Assembly (NCBI GenBank): GCA_008086245.1
Contig: VSIX01000032.1
Coordinates: 25,742 to 89,741, forward strand
DNA: 64,000 nucleotides
From: Candidatus Mcinerneyibacterium aminivorans
GTDB taxonomy: Bacteria; Macinerneyibacteriota; Macinerneyibacteria; Macinerneyibacteriales; Macinerneyibacteriaceae
Direction: 5' to 3'
Part shown: piece after piece, positions 10,837-19,148 of the stretch
Layout of the letters: every line of letters starts with the position of its first letter
Numbering within the stretch: the first letter of the stretch is position 1
Made by a program: the position numbers and the translations under genes
The notes under the pieces: generated by a model
What the model was told of the DNA's origin: nothing
What the model saw: only the letters and a program-made list of their open reading frames with translations
The model's database searches: none

Positions 10837-11730
10837 ATGAGATCTGAAAAACAAATGTACAAATTAATAAAAGATTTTGCAAGGAAGGATGACAGAATTA
10901 GAGGAATAGTGCTAAATGGTTCCAGGGCAAACCCTAATGTAGAAAGGGATCCATTTCAGGATTATGATATAGTATATCTGGTGACAGATATTGAACCTTT
11001 TAAAGATGAAAATTATATTATAAATCATTTTGGAGAGGTAATGCTCATGCAGAAACCTGAAGAAATCACATTAATACCTCCAGAAGGTGATGGAAGATAT
11101 ATTTATTTAATACAGTTTTATGATGGAAATAGAATTGATATGCAGTTCAGGCACATAGATAAAGCAGAAAAAGTTGTTGAGGATAGCCTGACAGAGATTC
11201 TTCTGGATAAAGATGATTTTATCCCTGAAACCGGAGAACCCGATGAAAGTAGTTATTTTATTCAGCAACCCACGGAAAAATACTACTGGGATTGCTGCAG
11301 CGAATTTTATTTCGGCATTGGCTCCCAAATACCTAAAACAATATGGAGAAAAGAGCTTCCGCTTTTAAAAAATTTGATATATATTGTTTTAAGAAAACCG
11401 TTAGTACAGATGTTAAAGTGGCACATTGGAAACAAATATAATTTTAAGGTTTCTGCTGGCAAGGGCTGGAAAAATTTAAAAAAATATTTGGAGCATGATT
11501 ACTGGCAAAAATATAAAAAAACTTATTCGGATTATAAATACGACAACATCTGGAATTCACTTTTTGTTTTTCATGAACTTTTTACTGAAATTGCAGCAAA
11601 CTTAGCAGAGGAATTTGATTATAAATTTCCCCAAAAAGATGCTGAAAATTCAATTAAATATTTGCGGTATGTAAAAAAACTACCGGAGGACAGAAAAATT
11701 GGTGAATATAATTATCAAATTAATAAATAA
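10837..11730 (+). CDS. Aminoglycoside 6-adenylyltransferase family protein (AadK/ANT(6)-like)
   Basis: MRSEKQM..., LNGSRAN, DPFQDYDIVY, DGNRID, LLDKD: the AadK family pattern. Confidence 0.85.
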   Translation: MRSEKQMYKLIKDFARKDDRIRGIVLNGSRANPNVERDPFQDYDIVYLVTDIEPFKDENYIINHFGEVMLMQKPEEITLIPPEGDGRYIYLIQFYDGNRIDMQFRHIDKAEKVVEDSLTEILLDKDDFIPETGEPDESSYFIQQPTEKYYWDCCSEFYFGIGSQIPKTIWRKELPLLKNLIYIVLRKPLVQMLKWHIGNKYNFKVSAGKGWKNLKKYLEHDYWQKYKKTYSDYKYDNIWNSLFVFHELFTEIAANLAEEFDYKFPQKDAENSIKYLRYVKKLPEDRKIGEYNYQINK

Positions 11731-12044
11731 AAAATAAAAAAAGGTATTTGTTAAGTATTATATTTTTGTATCAAATTAAAAATTTCTAAAGATGTATTTA
11801 ACCTAAAATAAAGATTGAGACTAAGAAATTAAAAAAACAGCAGTTTATACATATTCCGAATGCAGTGGGTTGAAATCAGTGAAATTCTGAAATCTTCTAA
11901 TATTACCTTTAAATCTTTTTCACTGGAATTTTTTTATGTTATTAGCTATTTGCTAAAAATTAATAAAGCAAATTATTTTATTTGAAACATTAACTGTATA
12001 AATATTGTCTATTTAGTAAATGGAAATATTTGGAAGGGGAATTT

Positions 12045-13094
12045 ATGTTTAAAAAAATTATAGTAATCTTTGTTTTCACAGCTTTACTGGCCGGATGTTC
12101 GGGTAAAAATACTAATCGATTGGGCAGACTGGAAGTAATCAAAAAGGTTGAATTTGAAGAACCGCTAACTCCCATGTCTACGGTTAAGAGCGGGAATAAT
12201 TATATAGCTTTTGATGCAGTACAAAGAAGAATTGTTATTTTCAATAAAAATGGACAAATTCTGTACAGCTATGAAAAGCACGGTAAAGGTCCCGGTGAAT
12301 ATTTAAGAGAGGAAGACCTATTTTTACTGGGAATTTATGAGAATAAACTATATGTTCTGGAATATGCCAGAAATAGAGTATTGATTTTTAATATTGAAAA
12401 TAACAGTAAATTAGAATATTATGATGAATTCAGTATAAATGACGGACAGATAATAACCGGGGGAATATCTCCGGATGGAAAATTATATTTAAATGAAATG
12501 ATAGGTGAGAAACTTTTTAGAAAATATGACAGGGATGGAAATTTTATTAACGGCCTTATAGATAAAGAAAAGACTAATCTTGACCGGTTAAGTGCAGAAG
12601 AAATAAAACAACATTATGTTGACAATATATTTATCCCCCATTTTAGTGAAAATGGCTTTGTATTAACTGGAATTTTTAACAAGCATATTAAATTCTACAA
12701 AAAAAGCGGGGAAGATACAGAACTTCTAGAAGATACTATAATTAAACAGTATCAGGAAAAGGGATACAATTCAAAAACACAGCAATCAAAAAATCAACGT
12801 GAAGTTTATCTTGAAAATATTGGAATAGCAGGTTCAGGTATTTTAAAAGGAAGTTATTATATGGGACTAGCCCCTTCAAACGAAAAAAATTCACTGCTTA
12901 ACAAATATAATTTAAAAGGTGATTATATCGGTAGTTATTTGATAGAAAGCGATATTAATATGAAGATTGAAAATTTATTTTTGTTTGATAATGATGAGAT
13001 TATTTTTACAAAAACAAAAAGAGAGAATAGAGATGATTCTTTTAAAAGAGAAACAGATTATTTCTTTATAGCAAAGCTTGTAGAGAATAATTAG
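12045..13094 (+). CDS. Beta-propeller (6-bladed/NHL-like) lipoprotein
   Basis: Lipobox LLAGC, 'GKGPGEY', repeated 'KYD.DG.FI' blades. Confidence 0.7.
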   Translation: MFKKIIVIFVFTALLAGCSGKNTNRLGRLEVIKKVEFEEPLTPMSTVKSGNNYIAFDAVQRRIVIFNKNGQILYSYEKHGKGPGEYLREEDLFLLGIYENKLYVLEYARNRVLIFNIENNSKLEYYDEFSINDGQIITGGISPDGKLYLNEMIGEKLFRKYDRDGNFINGLIDKEKTNLDRLSAEEIKQHYVDNIFIPHFSENGFVLTGIFNKHIKFYKKSGEDTELLEDTIIKQYQEKGYNSKTQQSKNQREVYLENIGIAGSGILKGSYYMGLAPSNEKNSLLNKYNLKGDYIGSYLIESDINMKIENLFLFDNDEIIFTKTKRENRDDSFKRETDYFFIAKLVENN

Positions 13095-13105
13095 GACCAA
13101 AAATT

Positions 13106-13825
13106 ATGGATAAAATAATTCAAATGTTAAATAATATTCATATAAAAGAGGCCCTTGATGTTGCAACGGGAAGGGGACAGTATATAAATTTTTTAAAAGA
13201 GAATCTGGGTAGTTTCGAAAAAATCATAGGACTTGATAATCATGAATATTCTCTGAAAATGGCAAAGAAAAAATTTGAAGAAGATTCAAGGATAGAATTT
13301 ATTGAAAAAGATTTATATAGACTGGATTCAGAAAAAAACAAATACGATCTTATCAGTATATCCAATTCCCTACATCATTTTGAAAAACCAAAGGAATGCT
13401 TAAGAAAGTTATTCTGCTTATTAAATGAAAATGGATATTTGATATTGAATGAGATGCATAAAGACGGTGAACAAATGGAAAGTCAGAAAATACATATTAA
13501 GCTTCATCACTGGAGTGCCAGAATCGATAGGTATAATGGTATTTATCATGCAGAAACCTTTAACCATAAAAAGATCGATAATTTAACAAATTCATTGGGT
13601 TTAAAAGATAAAAAGGTGGTTAAATTTAAATATCCATATGATGAAGAAAATCAGGCAGAGATAAAAAAACATTTGAAAAAAATATTAAATAAAAAGATGG
13701 AGCAGATGAATAAAAATTGTAATATATATTTTGATTTAAAAAAAGAAAAAGATAAAATAATAAAAAATTTAAATAAATATGGATTTGCTTCTGCCGGTAT
13801 GACATTTATAATTGGCAGGAAATAG
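13106..13825 (+). CDS. Class I SAM-dependent methyltransferase
   Basis: LDVATGRG, SNSLHHF. Confidence 0.85.
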   Translation: MDKIIQMLNNIHIKEALDVATGRGQYINFLKENLGSFEKIIGLDNHEYSLKMAKKKFEEDSRIEFIEKDLYRLDSEKNKYDLISISNSLHHFEKPKECLRKLFCLLNENGYLILNEMHKDGEQMESQKIHIKLHHWSARIDRYNGIYHAETFNHKKIDNLTNSLGLKDKKVVKFKYPYDEENQAEIKKHLKKILNKKMEQMNKNCNIYFDLKKEKDKIIKNLNKYGFASAGMTFIIGRK

Positions 13826-13862
13826 AGAAAAAAATATTAAATCATATAGGGAGTTTTTGTTT

Positions 13863-14042
13863 ATGCCAAAATTATTTGCAATATTAATACCAATTGGAAC
13901 GATACTTATTACTACAGTTGTTGTAACATTATTAAATAGTAAGGAGAGTGATGAAGATAAAAAAACAAAATACTTTCCTGTAATTTTGTTTATAGGTGCT
14001 TTAATTTTGGGTATTATTTTATTTCTGATTAATAAATTTTAA
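13863..14042 (+). CDS. Small two-TM membrane protein
   Basis: GGGAG RBS before ATG 13863; two hydrophobic segments. Confidence 0.55.
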   Translation: MPKLFAILIPIGTILITTVVVTLLNSKESDEDKKTKYFPVILFIGALILGIILFLINKF

Positions 14043-14066
14043 ACAATAAGAGTAGATTATTTTAAA

Positions 14067-14552
14067 ATGAAATATAGAAAACCGGAAAAGTCCGATATAG
14101 CAGGGTTGATAAGATTATCCAAAGAATTTTCGATTGAATCCAGGTGGGGACATCTTATTCCCGTGGGACAGATTTATAATATTGAAGAGGCAAGAGAAAA
14201 CCTTTTTGGCAGTAATATTTATGAATGCCGGGTGGCAAAGAAAAAAGATAAACTCATTGGTTATATTGCTGTGAAAGAACATGAAAAAATCTATGAAGCT
14301 TCTATACTTGTTGACTCTGATTACAGAAAACAGGGTGTCGGGAAAAATCTAACGGATAATATATTTAAAAGCATACCCCGGGATATAGAAGTAGAAGCAT
14401 GGGTGGCAGATTTTAATGAAGCATCGATTAAAGCAACCCCCCAAATGGGATTTGAATTTAAAAAAAAGATATATGAAACTGAATACATCCCGGATAAGGA
14501 GTTTTATGTATACATTTATTCAAGATATGGCGATTACAAAAATCAGCTTTAA
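14067..14552 (+). CDS. GNAT family N-acetyltransferase
   Basis: YRKQGVGK, NEASIK...MGF. Confidence 0.8.
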   Translation: MKYRKPEKSDIAGLIRLSKEFSIESRWGHLIPVGQIYNIEEARENLFGSNIYECRVAKKKDKLIGYIAVKEHEKIYEASILVDSDYRKQGVGKNLTDNIFKSIPRDIEVEAWVADFNEASIKATPQMGFEFKKKIYETEYIPDKEFYVYIYSRYGDYKNQL

Positions 14553-14593
14553 TGGTTTATATAAGTAGATAAAAAGGAATAACTACCAAAGCA

Positions 14594-14930
14594 GTCATCC
14601 TGAATTTAATTTCAGGATTACATTTTGTATGAGAAAATATTGGGAAGATGCTGAAACAAGTTCAGCATGACAGTAATAAGGATAGTCATCCTGAATTTAT
14701 TTCAGGATCTCATTTTGTATGAGAAAATATTAAGAAGATGCTGAAACGAGTTCAGCATGACAGTAAAAGGAAGTCATTCTGAGCTTGTCTCAGAATCTCC
14801 TATAGGAATAAAGAGAAATATTGTAGGAGATTCTGAAACAAGTATGTTTGAGAATATAATATTGGGAAGATGCTGAAACAAGTTCAGCATGACATTATCA
14901 GGTAGTCGTTCTGAATTTATTTCAGGATCT
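14594..14930. repeat. Upstream array of 26-nt palindromic REP-like repeats (GTC-ATnnyGAr-YTYRT-yTCrnnAT-CT)
   Basis: Copies: +14594-14620, -14646-14671, +14685-14710, -14736-14761, +14773-14798, -14828-14843 (truncated), -14868-14893, +14905-14930. Confidence 0.95.
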
Positions 14931-14964
14931 ACTGTGAATTATAACAAATGGAAAGGAATTTATT

Positions 14965-15255
14965 ATGAATAAAAAGGGCTTTGTATATTTTCTTACCAAT
15001 AGAAATAATAAAGTTTTATATATCGGAGTTACCAGCAATTTGAAAAAAAGAATCTATGAACATAAGAATAAATTAATTGAAGGATTTACAAACAAATATA
15101 ACTGTGAGAAACTGGTGTATTATGAAAAATATAATGATATAAATGAAGCAATTGAAAGAGAGAAGCAACTTAAAAATTGGCATAGAGATTGGAAGAATAA
15201 TTTAGTTGAAAAAGAAAACAGTGAATGGAAAGATTTAAGTGAAGAGTTTTTGTAG
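14965..15255 (+). CDS. Stand-alone GIY-YIG nuclease (96 aa)
   Basis: GFVYFL...LYIGVT, conserved R (KKRIYEH), GFT.KY, LVYYE, catalytic E in AIEREKQLK, W.R.WK..L...N.EW.DL. Confidence 0.93.
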   Translation: MNKKGFVYFLTNRNNKVLYIGVTSNLKKRIYEHKNKLIEGFTNKYNCEKLVYYEKYNDINEAIEREKQLKNWHRDWKNNLVEKENSEWKDLSEEFL

Positions 15256-15259
15256 ATAA

Positions 15260-15727
15260 TGAATCCTGAGATAAATCAGTGTCATAGTATGAAGTCATTT
15301 CGAACTTGTTTCGGAATCTCCTTATGTAAACAGCTTTGTATTAGGTAGATGTTGAAACAAGGTTTTAAAAGATATATTGTAAGAAGATATTGAAACAAGT
15401 TCAATATGACATGAGGTCAAAGTCATTCCGAATTTATTTCGGAATCTTATTTTGTATGAGAAAATATTAAGAAGATGCTGAAACGAGTTCAGCATGACAG
15501 TAAAAGGAAGTCATTCTGAGCTTGTCTCAGAATCTCCTGTAGAAATAAAGAGAAATATTGTAGAAGATGCTGAAACAAGTATGTTTGAGAATATAATATT
15601 GGGAAGATGCTGAAACAAGTTCAGCATGACAGTAATAAGGATAATCATCCTGAATTTATTTCAGGGTCTATCTCACAATCTCCTCTTAAATAAAGAAAAA
15701 TTTTGAAATAGATGCTTAAATGAACTG
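15260..15727. repeat. Downstream array of the same 26-nt palindromic repeats
   Basis: Copies: -~15260-15279 (degenerate), +15294-15319, -15347-15361 (truncated), -15385-15410, +15422-15447, -15473-15498, +15510-15535, -15565-15580 (truncated), -15605-15630, +15644-15669, possible relic -15710-15727. Confidence 0.93.
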
Positions 15728-15891
15728 TAATATTTTCATATTTCAAAAAAATGAATAATAAAAACGCCCGTAGGAATTTTTAATATACACAAACATCAAT
15801 ATCGAAAGTATAAATAAAAGCTTGCAAATACCGTTGCAATTATATAAAATAAAATATGATTTAAATGAAACTAAAATAAAAATGGGGGAAA

Positions 15892-16575
15892 ATGTTTTAT
15901 TTTTTTCTGGCAATACTGCCCGGGATTTTAATAATTGTATATTTTTATAAAAGAGATAGGCTTGAACCCGAGCCTAAATGGATGATTGTAAAAACCTTTT
16001 TCCTGGGAATTCTTGCTTCTTCAGCTGCTTTGTTTTTTAATAGTTTGTTTGGAGGGATATTTCAAAATAATTTGTTGATTGGCGCAGTATTAATTGCTCC
16101 TATTGTCGAAGAATCGTGCAAATTTTATTCGGTTAAATATTTTAGATTTAAAGATAAACATTTTACCGAACCAATGGATGGAATAGTATATGGAGTGACT
16201 GTAGCTGTTGGTTTTGCTGTAATGGAAAATCTCAATTATGTGTACAGAGCCCTACAGGAAGGACATGTTTATTATACACTTATAATAAGAGGTTTTCTAT
16301 CGGTACCGGCCCATGCGTTATTTGCAGTAATCTGGGGTTATGCACTGGGAATGTATAAATTTGGGAAGAAAGATGAAAATTTTGTTAAAAATTCTCTTAT
16401 TCAGGCAATGATATTCCACTCTGCTTTTAATGCAATTGCAGTTTTGGTAAATCCAATTTGGGATATTTTCTATCTTGCTCTTCTTTCAGTATACCTATGG
16501 TACATAGCGGATAAAGATATAAGAAGTGCAATAAAAAATTCTCCCTATCAAAATGATTTTGATGAAGAAAAGTAA
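15892..16575 (+). CDS. prsW: PrsW family intramembrane metalloprotease
   Basis: DRLEPEP, APIVEESCK, DGIVYG..VAVGFA..EN, HA..A, H..FN. Confidence 0.9.
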   Translation: MFYFFLAILPGILIIVYFYKRDRLEPEPKWMIVKTFFLGILASSAALFFNSLFGGIFQNNLLIGAVLIAPIVEESCKFYSVKYFRFKDKHFTEPMDGIVYGVTVAVGFAVMENLNYVYRALQEGHVYYTLIIRGFLSVPAHALFAVIWGYALGMYKFGKKDENFVKNSLIQAMIFHSAFNAIAVLVNPIWDIFYLALLSVYLWYIADKDIRSAIKNSPYQNDFDEEK

Positions 16576-16684
16576 AAAGACAACATTTTAATTTTATTTA
16601 TATATTAGTGATTAATTCTTTAATTTACAGATTTGTGATATTAAGATATTCTATTTATATGGTTTTGTTATAGAAAGGATATGG

Positions 16685-17560
16685 ATGAAGAGGCTGAAAT
16701 TAATATTAATAATTATAATTTTTGGTGCAATAATAATATTTTCCGCTGTTAATCTTTTAAACCAGAACAAACTTCCCGAATATAAATCTAAAGTTCAGTT
16801 TGCTGAAAATGCTGAAATGAATTTCGAAATAACCGGAGAGGGCAACCCGGTTTTGTTTATTCACGGACTGGGAACTGATTCGGGAATCTGGAAAGAACAG
16901 ATTGATAAAGTAAAGAAAAATTATAAAGTAATAACTGTTGATCTTTACGGGCACGGGGAAAGCGAAAATATCCCCAGAGATATTACAATAAAGCAAACTG
17001 CGGGAGAGATTTTGAATTTATTAATAGATAATGATATTGATGAAGTTGATATTGTGGCTCACGGGCTGGGTGGATTAATTGCGCTTGATATGAAAAATAT
17101 CAATATCAATTTTGTTAAAAAATTAATTTTGCTGGATACGCCTGTAAAAAGAAGAAATTTAGCTTTTATGGATGATATTTATTTGAAGTATATTGAAAAT
17201 AATTTTGAAAGGGCCATAGAAGAATATTTTAATGAAAAAAGTAGTGATGAAGAATTGAAGGATAAAATTAAAAGCAGGGCTCTAAAAACAAACAAATATA
17301 CCTTTTATAATTATACAAAGAGCATGATTGAAAATGATTTTTTAAAGATTGCTAAAAATTTTGACAATAAAAATATTTATCTATTTTATTCTAAGACATT
17401 TGTCGATGATAAAAAACATCTGGAATTTGTAAAAAAACAGCACGGGTTTAAAGATGTAGATGATAACAACATATATTATTATCCCAATTCCGGTTTTTTT
17501 ATGATGTTTAAGAAACCTGAAAAATTTCTGAAGGATATAGAAGATATTTTAAAAATCTAA
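16685..17560 (+). CDS. Membrane-anchored alpha/beta hydrolase-fold protein lacking catalytic Ser/His
   Basis: LFIHGLG, DLYGHGES; nucleophile elbow reads AHGLGG; His site reads SGFFM. Confidence 0.8.
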   Translation: MKRLKLILIIIIFGAIIIFSAVNLLNQNKLPEYKSKVQFAENAEMNFEITGEGNPVLFIHGLGTDSGIWKEQIDKVKKNYKVITVDLYGHGESENIPRDITIKQTAGEILNLLIDNDIDEVDIVAHGLGGLIALDMKNININFVKKLILLDTPVKRRNLAFMDDIYLKYIENNFERAIEEYFNEKSSDEELKDKIKSRALKTNKYTFYNYTKSMIENDFLKIAKNFDNKNIYLFYSKTFVDDKKHLEFVKKQHGFKDVDDNNIYYYPNSGFFMMFKKPEKFLKDIEDILKI

Positions 17561-18203
17561 AATAAAGTCCAATTTTAATTAAGCCATATAATATATTTTT
17601 TCTACTGGTCTGTTCCTTACAGAATAAAAATATTTAATAGAAATTTGAAGCAGATATATATAATTAAATACAGATCTAGCTCTTAATTGTTATAAATTCA
17701 CTGGTTTGTTGGCGGGGGTAATTTTACAATTAATGGTGATATGACGGCTGCTTCTTTAGCATTTGTTAAAAAAACAAATTCCTTTAAGGGATTTATTAAT
17801 GTTCTTGGAATAATTGAAAAATATATCATAATTCATATCGAAGATAGTTCTGAATATTTTGGGAAAAAATATAATAAAAATTATAGTGAAGTGATTCTAG
17901 TCTGCAAAAAACACAAAACTTATAGAAATTATATCTTTCAAAAACATACTCTGGAGGATATTAAATAAAGACAATTAACAAATATTCATTATCCTGATTA
18001 AACATAAATCATAATAATATAAAAGAAATATATGAATAGTTATATATTGTCAATATAGAATATATTAAATAAAAGGTAAATAAGCCATAATAAATCTTAT
18101 AAATATTTTATTAGATAATATTATATCGATATAATTCTTTATATACTTGAAAAAGAAGAAAATGGTATAATATTATAATAGTAAGTATTATTTGGAAGGA
18201 TAG

Positions 18204-19148
18204 ATGAAAAAGCTATTATTTTATTCTTTGTTTTTTTTTATTTTAATTTCATGTGGAAAAAACAATTCCGATTCTGTGAAATATGTTTTTCAGGGAGAAG
18301 AAGTTATTTCACTTTCAAAAACTGAGATAAATAAGTCCAGGAATTTAATAAACTTTGGTATTACTCCATGGCAATCTTTAAAAGAGCATCAAAAAGGCTT
18401 TATTCCACTGTTAAAATATTTAAGCGACAAAACAGGAAAAAAATTTGTTTTAAATGTTTCTAAGGATTATGATTCTTTAAAAGAAGAATTTAAAAAAGAA
18501 AATATTGATATAGCAGCTTTTTCCCCCTTTGCCTATGTTGATGCCGTAAATCAAATTCCTGACAGATTAAAATATATTGCTACAACAAAAAGAAAATTTA
18601 ATAAAACAATACGTGACCATTATTTGGGATATATCATTGTAAAGAAGGAATCTGATATAAATAGTGTTTTTGATTTAAAAGGTAAAACTTTTGCTTTTGT
18701 AGATAAAATATCAACAAGCGGATATCTCTTTCCAATGCTGCTGTTTAAAAAAATGAATATTGACCCTTACAGTTTTTTTGATGAAGTATATTTTCTAGGA
18801 AATCATACAAAAGTAATTGAAGCAGTTGCTTCAAATATTGTAGATGCTGGAGCAACATGGGATGGAAGTTATTACCTTGGAAGGAAAAAATATGGCGATG
18901 TATTCAAAATAATTGAAACAACAGAGCCAATACCCCTGGATGCATGGGCAGCAAGCAGCAGTCTGCCGGATGATTTCATTATCAGATTGAGGAATATATT
19001 AATATCGATCAATCATGAAACTGTCAATTCTGATAATGAAAAAATACTTGATAATGAGTATTTTCCGTTTGATGGATTTATAGTAAAAGATTACGATTAC
19101 TATAAAATAGTCAAAGAAGCTTCTCAATTACTCTCAAGGAACCGGTAA
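18204..19148 (+). CDS. PhnD/SsuA-type (phosphate/phosphonate) substrate-binding lipoprotein
   Basis: Lipobox LISC; DLKGKTFAFVD..STSGYLFP; GNH..VI.AV...VDAGA. Confidence 0.85.
   Translation: MKKLLFYSLFFFILISCGKNNSDSVKYVFQGEEVISLSKTEINKSRNLINFGITPWQSLKEHQKGFIPLLKYLSDKTGKKFVLNVSKDYDSLKEEFKKENIDIAAFSPFAYVDAVNQIPDRLKYIATTKRKFNKTIRDHYLGYIIVKKESDINSVFDLKGKTFAFVDKISTSGYLFPMLLFKKMNIDPYSFFDEVYFLGNHTKVIEAVASNIVDAGATWDGSYYLGRKKYGDVFKIIETTEPIPLDAWAASSSLPDDFIIRLRNILISINHETVNSDNEKILDNEYFPFDGFIVKDYDYYKIVKEASQLLSRNR

Noticed and set aside
11840-11930. Minus-strand peptide RRFQNFTDFNPLHSEY faintly resembling a MaoC motif
   Set aside because: Very short, with no start or context; probably chance.
7178-14552. 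Integron cassette array (co-oriented unrelated accessory genes including a resistance-like gene)
   Set aside because: I found no RYYYAAC...GTTRRRY attC structures after the stop codons and no integrase; several genes overlap or have their own terminators.
14594-15669. CRISPR array interpretation of the repeat cluster
   Set aside because: Repeats alternate in orientation and vary in their stems, spacers alternate between 11-13 and 23-29 nt and are duplicated, and no cas genes are present.
17741-17968. 75-aa ORF in the intergenic region
   Set aside because: No clear RBS or recognisable motif; possibly a decayed gene fragment, but unsupported.
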